A DNA stretch of 64,000 bases from Eledone cirrhosa (Eukaryota): the NCBI GenBank assembly GCA_964016885.1, contig OZ024741.1, positions 97,650,001 to 97,714,000 of the forward strand, read 5' to 3'. Below are positions 42,270 through 55,965 of this stretch, one piece after another. Below the pieces are notes generated by a model. The model worked only from the letters and a program-made list of their open reading frames with translations, was not told where the DNA came from and made no database searches. The position numbers and the translations under genes were made by a program. Numbering within the stretch: position 1 is the stretch's first letter; the number at the start of each line of letters is the position of its first letter.

Positions 42270-44177
42270 GTGTAATGAGGTATAAACGTTTGTATATGTA
42301 TAACAAAGCCAAAACAATGCAGGTATGGACATAGAATAAAGAATGCAAATGCAAAAGATATTGTTGACAATAAGTCTTTTACCTTAGATTTATTTAAATG
42401 TCCTTAATCTTCGAGATAATATCTCTTCTTCGGAGGGAAGTAAAGCGGTTAAACCAGTGTTCTAAATAGCTTGCCAAGTCATGCTGACAGGAAATGGTAT
42501 AGAGTATCTGTTCTATCTCTAATGTCAAAGAGTTAATGTTAGGTGGATAAAGAGTAGTCTCCCTTTAAAAGGTTTTTTTTTTTTTGTACATGCCTGTTTA
42601 AGTGTGTGGGAGAATGCATGAAGGTGTAAGTATGTGAGTGTGTGTGTGTGAGTGTGAGAAGATATGTCTATACGTAAATGTGGGGGATAGATGTTATCTC
42701 GTGTTAGAACTGGTCTTTGTGTGTGTATGTGTGTGTGTGAGAGAGAATAAGTGGACGTGTAAGCGTGTTGTGTGTGTGCGTCTGTGTGTGTGTGCGTGTG
42801 TGTGTGGGGGGTGTGTTTGTAAATATGGGGCTAGAAGCTCTATCAAGTTATAAATTGGGTGTTCAGTTCTAGTCTATTATTGATTGGTGGTTGTGTTTTG
42901 TCTATAATTAGTGCTTCCTTAATTCTAAGATGGCCGAGGTTTCTTTCCTTAGTTTCTCTATCCTAACGGTTTTGTCGGTGTTTTTGCATTTAACTAGGTG
43001 TTTCTTAAATGAGGAAGCGTTAGTATTCTTTCTGGCACGGTTTGTGGTGGATTTCGTGTATCCGTTCAGTTTGAGTACTTCCAGGAAATGTGTGGTGTGT
43101 GTATATCGGTCTCTAGCGTCGGTACATTTGTTCCGGATACGTGTTAGTTCGTTCCTTATGTATCCGAACTTAGCGCCGGCTGGGAGGGCCGATCTGAAAT
43201 GTACGAACAGGTCCCTGCTGGCGGCTTTTTATAGAAGCAGGTGTGGATGTTGCCTTCCTCTGTTACCCTGAGTTGGAAGTCCAGTAGGCATAGGGATCCG
43301 TGGTCATCAGGGTGTTCCATGCTGAACTTTATACTGGCGTCCATGCTGGAGAATGGTGTGTATATTTTATCTGCCCCCTCACGGGATGATGTAAGGATGA
43401 GTATGTCATCTACATATCGGGTGAAGAATGTATGGGAATGGCAGGTGTTGAGGGCTCGGCATTCTAGCTGGTTCATATAGGTGATGGCCAGCAGGCCCGA
43501 TAGGCTGGATCCCATGTGTAATCCTGTTGTCTGATTGTATGTGTGGTGGTGGAAGGTGAAGTACGTGTTGTCTACTGTGAAGGACAAAAGCTGGTGTATA
43601 TCCGTCGGATGGAGGCCGTAGCAGTGGATGTCCTCTGCGACTACGCAGTCCGTCAATAAATCGACAGCTGGATGAGCGGGGACTGTAGTGAAGAGGGAGA
43701 CAACGTCGAGGCTAAAGGCGTATCTATTTAGTTTAAGTTGTTCTGGCTGGAGTTGGTGTAGTCTACGTATAACTTCGTCGGAGCTACTGACAGGGCGAGT
43801 TGTTGTGTCCTGGAGAGGTTTGGGGCTATCTTCTTCTGTTTCCGTAAGATGTTAAATACGGAATGTTCTAGCCTCGAGAGTTTTTATTCAAGCTCGCGGT
43901 TAGCAGGCGGTGGACAGAGTGGGCGATCCAGTTGGTATATCGGGAATCTGGGTTTGTTAGATTCCGTGGTGTTGTTGCCGAGAGTCGATATCCATTTTAG
44001 TTGGTAGGCAGCCCGACAGAAATTCGTTTCTATGTCGAGCCATAATTTGTCGTCCAGTCTCTGTTTTAATATCAACTTGGGGCCCAGGCTGAGGAGGTCT
44101 AATTCCTCCCGGTAGAGGGATCCTGTCATGTCTGTGACGAGGTGTTTTGCGTTAGGTGTATTGTTGGTCGGGGCGCC
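42270..44177 (-). mobile_element. Inverted arm of Penelope-like element: two internal deletions, extends further 5' than right arm
   Basis: Reverse complement of 44178-46520 lacking ~44276-44678 and ~45445-45774; unique 5' part encodes LDLLSLGPKL (PLE N-terminal motif). Confidence 0.92.
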
Positions 44178-44192
44178 GCTTGAAGAAAAACT

Positions 44193-45955
44193 CTCGAGGT
44201 TAAATATTCCGTATTTAACATCTTACGGAAACAGAAGATAGCCCCAAACCTCTCCAGGACACAACAACTCGCCCTGAAGAACCTACGGAATAGGGAACTT
44301 ATATACTTACCATCCGACAAAGGTAAAGAGTTTTGCGTCATCTCTCAAGCCACATACAACAACCTATCCTTTGAACACCTAAGCGTCAATGAATTATATA
44401 CAGAGATCCCGGACATGACTGCAGCCCAGATCGAAAAACAGACCAACTCCATCTGGTTCGATATCTGTAGGAGAAGACAACTCCCAAATAAAGTTAAGCT
44501 CAACTACACCACTAGAAATAGCAGACTGCCAACTTTCTATCACATCATCAAGACCCACAAGAATAGTACTAAGACGCAAATAAGACCCATCCTCTCTAGC
44601 ATAGAAGGGCCCCTATACAAAATTTCCTGGCTCCTCTCCCAGGTCCTCAAGCCTCTACTCTCCACCTTTCCCGGGCATGTCAGTAGCTCCGACGAAGTTA
44701 TACGTAGACTACACCAACTCCAGCCAGAACAACTTAAACTAAATAGATACGCCTTTAGCCTCGACGTTGTCTCCCTCTTCTCTACAGTCCCCGTTCATCC
44801 AGCTGTCGATTTATTGACGGACTGCGTAGTCGCAGAGGACATCCACTGCTACGGCCTCCATCCGACGGACATACACCAGCTTTTGTCCTTCACAGTAGAC
44901 AACACGTACTTCACCTTCCACCACCACACATACATACAGACAACAGGATTACACATGGGATCCAGCCTATCGGCCCTGCTGGCCATCACCTATATGAACC
45001 AGCTAGAATGCCGAGCCCTCAACACCTGCCATTGCCATACCTTCTTCACCCGATATGTAGATGACATACTCATCCTTACATCATCCCGTGAGGGGGCAGA
45101 TAAAATATACACACCATTCTCCAGCATGGACGCCAGTATAAAGTTCAGCATGGAACACCCCGATGACCGCGGATCCCTATGCCTACTGGACTTCCAACTC
45201 AGGGTAACAGAGGAAGGCAACATCCACACCTGCTTCTATAAAAAAGCCGCCAGCAGGGACCTGTTCGTACATTTCAGATCGGCCCTCCCAGCCGGCGCTA
45301 AGTTCGGATACATAAAGAACGAACTACCACGTATCCGGAACAAATGCACCGACGCTAGAGACCGATACACACACACCACACATTTCCTGGAAGTACTCAA
45401 ACTGAACGGATACACGACATCCACCACAAACCGTGCCAGAAAGAACAGAGGACACCACACCCGAGGCACTAACACTTGTTTCCCGAAGCTCCCACACTTC
45501 AGTGACGAAACAACAACATCCATCCGCAGAGCTATCAGACGAGAGGGACTAGATATCCAACTGGCCCACTCAGGTCCTTCTCTACGCGGACAGATAACCA
45601 AAAGACACTCCACCAGACATGACAACTGCTGCAGGCTAGCCAACTGCCCCATCAACGACACAGACCTATGCCACCAGGCTTACGTCGTATACAGACTAGA
45701 GTGTGACAAATGCAGCAACTTCTACGTAGGTAGCACCACCAGACCACTCCACATAAGAATAAAAGACACCTCAATACTAACGCTTCCTCATTTAAGAAAC
45801 ACCTAGTTAAATGCAAAAACACCGACAAAACCGTTAGGATAGAAACTAAGGAAAGAAACCTCGGCCATCTTAGAATTAAGGAAGCACTAATTATAGAAAA
45901 AACACAACCACCAATCAATAATAGACTAGAACTGAACACCCAATTTATAACTTGA
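44193..45955 (+). pseudogene. PLE polyprotein: reverse transcriptase + Cys-rich linker + GIY-YIG endonuclease; one frameshift near 45765
   Basis: PSDKG, SLDVVSLFSTVP, GLHMGSSLS, RYVDD, CRLANCP...C, VVYRLECDKCSNFYVGSTTRPLHIR; continues in another frame HLNTNASSFKKH...KEALIIEKTQPPIN to TGA at 45953-45955. Confidence 0.95.
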
Positions 45956-46360
45956 TAGAGCTTCTAGCCCCATATTCATACACACATCCCACACACACAC
46001 GCACACACACACGCACACAGACGCACACACACACACAACACGCTTACACGTCCACTTATTCTCTCTCACACACACACATACACACACAAAGACCAGTTCT
46101 AACACGAGATAACATCTATCCCCCACATTTACGTAGAGACATATCTTCTCACACTCACACACACTCACATACTTACACATTCATGCATTCTCCCACACAC
46201 TTAAACAGGCATGTACAAAAAAAAAACCTTTTAAAGGGAGACTACTCTTTATCCACCTAACATTAATTCTTTGACGTTAGAGATAGAACAGATACTCTAT
46301 ACCATTTCCTGACAGCATGACTTGGCAAGCTATTTAGAACACTGGTTTAACCGCTTTACT

Positions 46361-46398
46361 TCCCTCCGAAGAAGAGATATTATCTCGAAAATTAAGCA
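46361..46398 (+). ncRNA. Hammerhead-like motif in PLE 3' UTR (variant CCGAAGA core); mirror copy at 42401-42437
   Basis: CCU-CCGAAGA-AGAGAUAUUAUCUC-GAAA-AUUA-AG(G). Confidence 0.4.
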
Positions 46399-46732
46399 CA
46401 TTTAAATAAATCTAAGGTAAAAGACTTATTGTCAACAATATCTTTTGCATTTGCATTCTTTATTCTATGTCCATACCTGCATTGTTTGGGGTTTATTAAA
46501 CATATACAAACGTTTATATATATATATATGTATATATATGTATATATATATGTATATATATATGTATATATAAATATATATGTATGTATATATATATGTG
46601 TATATATATATATACATACATACATATATATTTATATATACAAATATATATATATATATATACTTATATACATATATATGTATATATATAAATATAAATA
46701 CGTATATATAAAAATATATTTATATTTTAATA

Positions 46733-46796
<64 letters not shown>

Positions 46797-46824
46797 CATA
46801 CATGCACATATACATATATATATG

Positions 46825-46918
<94 letters not shown>

Positions 46919-46961
46919 AATATATATATATATAAATATATATGTGTGTGTGTGTGTGTGT

Positions 46962-47038
<77 letters not shown>

Positions 47039-47459
47039 GTGTCTTGTGTGTGTGTGTGTGTCTTTGTGTGTAGTCACGTGGCGCGTGAGTATGTGCGTAG
47101 CTTGGTAGATGAAGATATAAACAGAAATATACCGACGGCTGTCAACTTGTCACAAATATTTTATACATATGCCATTCAAAAATGCGTACACATTATCTTG
47201 CATCTCCTATCGTACACTATTTATTCCTTTAGAAATTAGATTTGATTTTTAAAATGAATTTTGTAGAAAAATAATTGGATTTGATAATAGATAACAAATA
47301 GACTAAAATATATTCATCTATAGGTGCGAGTGTGTGGCTGAAAAGATAGTTTCGCAAACACGATGGTTCGGATTTAGTTCCATCAGTTTAATACGCATTA
47401 TGTGCAACATTTGTCTTATAAACATTCAGCATATATATATATATATATATATAAGAAAT

Positions 47460-48203
47460 GTATAATCTCTAAATTAAGCCTCCATATTAGCCGTAAAACT
47501 AGAAATGTATTATATAGCATAAGATGTACTGAAGGACAATGTAGAGATAAAAATATAGTGTATATAGGTGAGACATCTCTTAGTATAGGGGAACGGATAA
47601 ATGAACACTGGCGAGACCTTAAAGATAGTAAAGAATCATCTGTACTCTACCAACATGCTAAAATAGAATATAAGGGTAAATTAGAGAACATAGAAATAAA
47701 AATAGAATCTACACACAGTAAAGACGCAATGTTTAGACAAATCACAGAGGCAATAAACATAAATGAACTTCAACCAAAATTAAATAGAAAACATGAGTGG
47801 AACAGCAACATCACAACTTACAATTAAGGACAAACTGAAAACAAACACGCACATCGAACAAACAACCAACCGGTAACATATAAATAAACAAATAAATAAA
47901 CGAATATAAACACACACAGACACCCGGATGTAACACATGCGCAAACTAAGCACACAACACACACACAAAAACAAGATGGCTTAGGACATAACAAAGGAGA
48001 GGCACAAAAAACAAAGAAAAAAATCCCCAATCACTGAAGAGGTCACATAACTTTGACAATATATAAACAACCATCTGATTGTGGAACCAACCAACCAACC
48101 GGAAATTTATAAATTCCTAAATTTATAAATTTATTATAATAAATTGAAGTGAAATCATCTGGTGCGTGTGTTTCTTATTGGCAACATGACCCTCCCAAAT
48201 TAT

Positions 48204-48210
<7 letters not shown>
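47460..48210 (+). mobile_element. PLE 3' fragment: GIY-YIG endonuclease and 3' UTR ending in (TA)n
   Basis: NVLYSIRC...YIGETSLSIGERINEH...QH...RQITEAININELQPKLNRKHEW; 3' end ...ATGACCCTCCCAAATTATAACAA(TA)n. Confidence 0.9.
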
Positions 48211-48271
<61 letters not shown>

Positions 48272-48407
48272 AAGTCTATTTCTCCTAGTGACTCCATCTT
48301 TTATTGTCTATAACATAGCGTACCCATATATATTAAAATTTACTATTATCAGAGAGTATTCTGTAATTAATATTTGGAACTACCTTCACTGCCGAGACTC
48401 AGACAAC

Positions 48408-48640
48408 TATATATGGCCCAAGAGCGATAATGTGTGTTCGTATCGTTGGGCTAGCACATGTTTTCCGTCCGCTTATTTTCTTTTCCACTTACATATTTTG
48501 CTCTCCCCACTCTCTCTCTTGCTGTATATATATGTATATATATATATATTGATATACTTGTGGAGGGTCATATTATTGTGATACTAACGCCAGAAATAAT
48601 AGCAGAACACACACACGCACGCACGCACACACACACACAC

Positions 48641-48707
<67 letters not shown>

Positions 48708-48820
48708 CAGCGAGAGAGAAGGAGAGAGAAAATATGTTAGTGGGAAAGAAAATTAGAGGACGGAAAAATGTACTAGACCAACGAAACAAACACACATTAT
48801 CGCTCTTGGGCCATATATAT
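48408..48820. repeat. ~125-bp-arm inverted repeat around microsatellites and a PLE-end fragment
   Basis: TATGGCCCAAGAGCGATAATGTGTGTT / AACACACATTATCGCTCTTGGGCCATA. Confidence 0.8.
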
Positions 48821-49238
48821 AAATATATATATATATATATTTATTTATTTAGGAGTTGCAGATTTTACGACCGTTTCCGAGGGTCCGGGTAAATTATTCA
48901 ATCATATATTATTATTTGTTTGACTGTAATAGCTTGCTCGCTTTTTGCCTTTGCGGTTAATGGTTTAACCATCGTATCAGTGTGTTTTGCCTTTTTAACG
49001 CATGTTTATCGCTCTAGTACACTCGTATCTATCGAGCCATTGCCACACAATTTGGAAGTTGTTTTTCGCTAATTTCCAATAGCCGAAATACGATTCTCGC
49101 TAATTCATAATTATATATATATATATAAAAGAAAATTTCGCTCTACATGGCTGAATACAATAAATGTAATTTGACATGGCTATAGAATTGAGGTTTGTTT
49201 GTATAATTGCAAACAAATCAAATATTATTATTAATATT

Positions 49239-49372
49239 CGTCCCTTTACGATCTGAGTTCAAATCCCGCCGAGGTTGACTTTGCCTTTCATCCTTTCGGG
49301 ATCGATAAAATAAAGTACCAGTAATGCACTGGGTAATTGCTTGCCTTGTGCCTAAAGTAGAAACAATTATTA
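49239..49372 (+). mobile_element. 5'-truncated Nin/Deu SINE with TSD, nested in HHR array
   Basis: TSD ATTATTAATATTCG; empty sites in units 2 and 3. Confidence 0.9.
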
Positions 49373-49654
49373 ATATTCGAAAACCTCAGATTTATTTTAT
49401 TGTATTCAGCCATGTAGAGAGAAATTTTCTTTTATTTTTGAATTTGGCAAAGCCGGCCATTTATCGCTCGTATACAGGAAACTGAGTGGCCAGTCTGCTG
49501 ATATGCAAATCTGGCTGATCAATGGATCTACTAATAAGGCAGATCTGACTGATCAGCCAGTCTGCTAATATGCAAATCACACCTATCAGTCACTGTGTAT
49601 TTTTGAAAATCGCATATATTTACACTAGCTCTGACAGTTTGGCAGTTGAACAGT

Positions 49655-49704
49655 GAGCTGTACTGATGAAGGGTCATACCCAGAAACATTAGGTTCTGCA
49701 GTTC
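49655..49704 (+). ncRNA. Type I hammerhead ribozyme (unit 1)
   Basis: GAGCUGUA-CUGAUGA-AGGGUCAUACCCA-GAAA-CAUUAGGU-UC-UGCAGUUC; 8-bp stem I. Confidence 0.8.
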
Positions 49705-50092
49705 TGTCCGCATGCCAACACAAGAGCAAATATGAAGTGTTCATTCTACTGACATGGCTATAAAATTGAGGCTTGTTTGCATAATTGCAAACGAATCGAA
49801 TGTTATTATTAATATTCGAAAAACTCAGATTACATTTAGTGTATTCAGCAATGTAGAGCGAAATTTTCTTTTTTCTTTGAATTTGGCAAAGCCGCCCATT
49901 TATCGCTCATATACAGAAAACTGACTGGCCAGTCTGCTGATAGGCATATCTTGCTGATCAGTGGATCTGCTAATATCCAGATCTGACTGATCAGCCAGTC
50001 TGCTAATATGAAAATCAGGCCGATCAGCGACTGTGTTTTATTGAAAATAGCATATATTTTCACTAGCTCTGACAGTTTTGCATGTGAACAGT

Positions 50093-50142
50093 GGGCTGTA
50101 CTGATGAAGGATGGTACCCAGAAACATTAGTGTCTGCAGTTC
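50093..50142 (+). ncRNA. Type I hammerhead ribozyme (unit 2)
   Basis: GGGCUGUA-CUGAUGA-AGGAUGGUACCCA-GAAA-CAUUAGUG-UC-UGCAGUUC; GUC triplet. Confidence 0.85.
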
Positions 50143-50277
50143 TATTCGCATGCCAAGACAAAAGCAAGAATGACGTGTTCATTCTACTGACATGGCTATA
50201 AAATTGAGGCTTGTTTGCATAATTGCAAATGAATCGAATGTTATCATTAATATTCGAAAAACTCAGATTAGATGTAT

Positions 50278-50320
<43 letters not shown>

Positions 50321-50322
<2 letters not shown>

Positions 50323-50549
50323 TTTTGCGAGTTTTTTTTAATATGAAATCGTGTGTCGAAACAAATATTGTTATATTTGGAGAGGGTCATATTTGTGTAA
50401 TATTGCCAGAATTAATAACATTGAGGACCGAATAAATTAGATTACCGATATAAAAGACACAGAAGCGAAAAGCGAAAACCAACCAAACAGTGAGTGTGTT
50501 CTGTTATTAGTTCTGGCAATATTACACAAATATGACCCTCCCCAAGTAT

Positions 50550-50556
<7 letters not shown>
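50321..50556. mobile_element. Palindrome of two PLE 3' ends in (TA)n
   Basis: TTGTTATATTTGGAGAGGGTCATATTTGTGTAATATTGCCAGAA / TTCTGGCAATATTACACAAATATGACCCTCCCCAAGTATAACAA; related to end of 47460-48210. Confidence 0.8.
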
Positions 50557-50639
<83 letters not shown>

Positions 50640-50657
50640 GTATATATATATATGTAC

Positions 50658-50699
<42 letters not shown>

Positions 50700-50754
50700 A
50701 TATCTATATATATATATGTATATATATATATGTATATATATATCTATATCTATA

Positions 50755-50827
<73 letters not shown>

Positions 50828-50855
50828 GTATGTATATATATATGTATATATATAT

Positions 50856-51170
50856 TGTTGACTTGTTCTTCTTTTTGGTAAATATCATCTTGGTTAAGAG
50901 AGTGGGACTGGCTTTGTGTAGTGCCTTTGCTCACTATAAAAGCTTCACGGCACAGGCATTGCTTTATATCTGGAGATCTCTCTGCACTTATCGTCACATG
51001 ATACCATGGGCCCAGCATTATGTAACAATAATTGTCACAAGTGTAGTGTTTGTACCAGAGTTTTCAAGTCGCTGGCTGGACTAAAAAGTCACACTCGTTC
51101 AGCGCATCGGTAGGGGTTCTCCTACAGGGATATAAAGTAGCGGCCGTACTCGAAAACGAGTTGGCAGCCA

Positions 51171-51172
<2 letters not shown>
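50856..51172 (+). mobile_element. 5'-truncated copy of the (ATGT)n-tailed retroposon
   Basis: Matches 10060-10376. Confidence 0.85.
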
Positions 51173-51243
<71 letters not shown>

Positions 51244-51271
51244 GATATGTATATATATATATATACGTATG

Positions 51272-51345
<74 letters not shown>

Positions 51346-51368
51346 GTTGATATTTCTGTTTAAATTTT

Positions 51369-51419
<51 letters not shown>

Positions 51420-53479
51420 TGCATAATATCACCAGCTCATGTGTCAATTTTTACATCCCTACCCAAGTATGCAATATGCTGAGCTTCCCCGTTAGGAAGC
51501 AATTATCTTTGGTTAGGATGATGTTTGTCGAGTTGTCAATTCAGTTGACTCGGAAGCCATTTAATGATTTCCATGCTCGGAAATGGTGAGCTCGATTCTT
51601 TTCTTTGCGTCAACCGAAGCATTGTGCTATTTCTTAGCTATGAGTTGATGATGTCATTCAAATGGGACTTGGAAAATGTTAGTGGTGTCCATCTTCTCCC
51701 GAAATCTTAATTTCTACAATAATTTTATCCTAGATCAGAATTAATTAAGAGGATTTTGCGGGAATTGTTCTCAGAACAAGAATTCAATGTCAGTTGAGAG
51801 ACCTATGATGTTGTTCTTTTCTATCTGAGTTTTCCTGTGTAAATTAGTTCTGACTTTAATTATTTTAAAATCCAGTGATTCAATAAATATAAATCTATAT
51901 CTCATATATTTGACTAACATATTTATTCATGACGATAAATCACGCTAAAATCCTTGTATGTTCTCTCCCAGCGTTGTCACTGTCAGACCATTGAAACCAC
52001 TAGAACCAGAGAGCACACGTTGCTGTATGTTCCACTCACAGGGCTTTGATGAAAATGAAATCACACAAAACCCCATTTGTACCAGAAACTGCGCTATGGG
52101 ATCAAACCTATAACGATATAACTGCTAAAATATTTTCCTTAATCACGAAGTTATGCTGAATATATTTATGTTATAAACATACATTGATTTATATTAACTA
52201 GAATATCAGTTATTTGTTGGGAGAGAGGTGTTGGTCGAGCTCTCTAAATGAACCAAAAGCAATTCACAAATATAATACCTTCTATTATAAACCCCATTCC
52301 TCCAACACACGTTTAGGTATACGCAATCATCTCTGGAAACGTATAAACAACTATAAGTTTTTCAATGTAATGACAATTTCTAGTGCGACATCTATTCATG
52401 ACAAGTAAATTCCTATGAGAACGATAATGAAAGATATAAGAGAAGTAAAGGGAATATATAACGTGTCCAGCATCTTTAATTTCAGCAACGAACTCCATGG
52501 CAAAATATTTACTGGCCGTCAGAATTACGGTTCCCTCGGAGTTACATACGCTTACACAATATCTTCAATATTCTGTTAATGCATTAGCATTTCTCATTAT
52601 CAATTCTATCAAATAATTGCAGCTGTGTAACTTTTATATTAATAGAATCTATATGTTTCAGATTTTGTATTCATGGGGCTAAATATTTTTATTTGCTTTT
52701 GTGGCTACTATTTTCATCATGGTTTATAGTTAAAATTATTTTCAATATTTGTATTGTGTTATGTATTTTATTTAATAATTCATTCCAACGTTGAAAATGA
52801 TTTGGTATTAGAGCACACATAAAATACCTTGAGAATATGTTTGGTACTTACGCACAAACACATACACATCCACAATTCCTCTCTCACAAACAAACAAGCA
52901 TGCGCACACACATTTACGCAGAAACACGTGTGCACAACTACTCACCATTTCGAAATATATATATTGAAGGATGTGTTTTGTTTATGAATGAATCAATGAT
53001 ATCACCATGAATCTATGTTATCAAACATACACACGCAGATATACATGTAAACAGAAATATATATACACACAATTGCCAAATAACATTCACTCCTTCTGCT
53101 TACCTCTATTTTATCTTTTGCTTAATAAATTTTGTGAAGTTTTCTTTCATTTCAATTGCACAACTAGATAAAATATAATGCTCGGCTTACCACAATAAAT
53201 AGGGTAGCATGAATCTAACTATATTTTCCTCAACCAGAATTTAACTCCTGGTAATATTCTAGTGTTAACAATAATATTAATGTTCTAGAACGATTCCTAT
53301 GTAGATATATAGATGTAATTTCAGAGAGGAATTGACTATTTCGTTTGTTTTAAATAATTAAATAATTGTTGGTCAAGCAATAATATCCAGCCAGATCAGA
53401 GGATTATTTCCCGTTAGTATATGATATATCTAAATCAAGAATAAATTATTGTACATGAGAAGTCGAAAAATAGAAGAGA

Positions 53480-53748
53480 TGAGAATATCTCTCGCTCTGA
53501 TTTATCGACAAGATCTCAGACCTCGCTTGTCGAGTGGAGTTGTCCTCGTCAAATCGGACCAAAAAAACAATGTTTCCATTGGTCATTCCTTTGTTGATAC
53601 TACCTGCCGGTCGGAAAGCCTGGCAGAAGGAGCTAGGTGAAATCAAGGGTCTTGCTCAAGAGCACAGCGCAACATCCAGTCCGAGAATTGAATTCGCATC
53701 CCCATGATTGCGAATCCAACTCTCCAACCTCTAGGTCACTGGCCTTCA
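53480..53748 (-). mobile_element. Old tRNA-derived SINE of a second family
   Basis: tRNA-like head followed by TGTGCTCTTGAGCAAGACCCTT (CORE/V-SINE-like motif) on minus strand. Confidence 0.55.
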
Positions 53749-54907
53749 TGCTGAGGATAAAAAATGTTAATATAGGAAAATGAAGATATGTAGAATGAGT
53801 AGCAGTGAGATGAGAGGTGACGGTATTAGGAAATATAAAGAAATAAAATCACAGAATCCAAATAAAAAAAATAATGTTTTAGAGACTGAGAGAAAACAAT
53901 ACGTATGGTAATATAGTAAAGGCCAAGAAAGTAAATGCAGGAAGAATTTGGAAAACGTAACACATTTTGAAAGAATCCATTTATATAGGACGACACCTAA
54001 GGAGAAGAATATTAGCTCGACTGGCGTTTTAGATGTTTACAGATTTAGCAATGAAACCTACTAAGGTTGACAAATGGAAAATAGTTGCATGTAGCTTAGG
54101 AATATGAAACAGAAGTTATGTAATTATGTCAGATAAGTATTTTTAAAGGAATATGCAAAGATTGTAGTGTATTCATGAGACATATTAACACTGGTGCTTG
54201 TTGTTCTGGTTATTTAAACCATTGTCGATTCTAACAAACAAATTCAGCTCTGATTACCCTGCCTTATCTATTCAGATATAATATAATACTAGATTATCAA
54301 ATGTGGCACTATTCCCACATTAGAGCATAACGTTAATGATGTTTGGCAGCTAATTATATTATGTCCCGTGAGCATATTATTAGAGCCTCTGTCATTGATG
54401 TGTGAAGTAATTTTTCAGTATACTATCGTAGACATATATACGAATGTGCATGAACAATAATATTACTACAAAAAGCAAGAAATATTGGCGTAGTAGGAGG
54501 AATAGGGTGTTTTATTTTTGTAGTCTGTCCTATTTATTCTCGGGAAATTCTTCTGCAAATATTTTCCACGCGAATATTGGTTTTCAGTCATCACATATAC
54601 TAGTACGACAATGAAATGATTCCATATTCGAAATTAAAGAATAGCTGATTACAAAGAAGGTTAGATATCATCTCAATATATTTACTAATATGAGTTCGAA
54701 ATCGAACAAGAAAATGAAGGCTGCACTCCATTTCATCCATCGTTTTCCATATGCGCCTGCTTTAACGTTAGTATTAAACTGCGTCTGGTTCAATTACTAC
54801 ACAAATATGCATGGTTGTGTATTGTTTGTAAGTATGTGTATTTATATTGTATAGGATTTAGTGATGAAGTTTATATGAATGCATTCGTGAGTTTTATATT
54901 GAATAAT

Positions 54908-55795
54908 AATTGTTTCTACTTTTGGCACAACGCCAGCAATTATCCCAGTGTATTACTGGTGCTTTATTTCATCAACCCCGTAAGGATAAAAGGCAAAGTT
55001 AACTTCGGCGGGATTTAAACTCAGATCGTAAAGGGGTATAACACTATGCCGCAAAAGCATGGCGTCCGACCCTCTCAAGCAAACAGACTCGACGTCATGA
55101 CGATGGTTATCTAAAACACATAGCGTAATGAGGCTGTTTGATTGCACCCGAATCGAATATTATTATTGTTCGATTGGCAGTGGATTGGCAGTATCGGTAG
55201 AGGGTCGGACACCATATTTTGACGCATAGAGTTACGGCCCTTGCCATTCTGAGTTGAAATCCTGCCGAGGTTAACTTTGCCTTTCATACTTACGGGGTCT
55301 ATAAAATAAAGTACCAGTATTGCGCTGGGATATTTGCTCGACTTGTGCCAAATTTAGAAACAATTATTATTCGATTGTCAGCATCCGTAGAGAGTCGGAC
55401 ACCATGATTTGTACCATAGAGTTACGGCCCTTTATGATCTAATTTCAAATCCCGCCGAGATTAACTTTTCCTTTCATCCTTACGGGGTCGATAAAATAAA
55501 GCACCACAGGCATAATTGCTGCCCTTGTGCCAAAAGTAGAAACTATTATTATTCGATATAAAACACACGAACGCATTTACGTATCCGCTATGTTAAAGGA
55601 AAAACCAAATTCTAATTCTGTTTTATAATTGTTTCTACTTTTAGGCACAAGGCCAGCAATTAACCTGTACATTACTTGTACTTCATTTTATCGACCCCGT
55701 AAGGATGAAAGGCAAAGTTAACCTCGGCGGGATTTGAACTCAGACTGTAAAGGGAAGTAACTATGCTAGAAAGCATGGCGTCCAACCCTCTACCG
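54908..55795. mobile_element. Four Nin/Deu SINEs in mixed orientation (-,+,+,-)
   Basis: Copies ~54908-55075(-), 55172-55367(+), 55372-55548(+), 55627-55795(-). Confidence 0.85.
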
Positions 55796-55965
55796 AATGA
55801 AATAGATACATTTTGCTCATACCGATTACTCAAGTGCGATTTATTGTAGAAGTGCTGCTGATATTCATTGTTCTGGTGGATGTTTTGTATACTTAAAGAT
55901 GCAGTGCTGCTAGTAATCAATCAACAAGAACAATGTGCTCCTGCGTGAATTGATATTTACTGTCG

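Larger units (their letters stand above)
44178..46520 (+). mobile_element. Penelope-like retroelement (5'-truncated), ends in (TA)n
   Basis: RT + GIY-YIG ORF followed by ~570-bp 3' UTR. Confidence 0.95.
49127..50272 (+). mobile_element. Retrozyme-like tandem array: 438-bp unit x ~2.2 with a hammerhead per unit, preceded by short inverted copy
   Basis: HHR cores at 49663 and 50101; 49127-49166 inverted versus ~49395-49432; flanked by (TA)n; one nested SINE. Confidence 0.85.

Noticed and set aside
48034-48120. Hammerhead in 3' UTR of the GIY-YIG fragment
   Set aside because: CTGAAGA and GAAA plus palindrome are present but far apart, and stem I is not supported.
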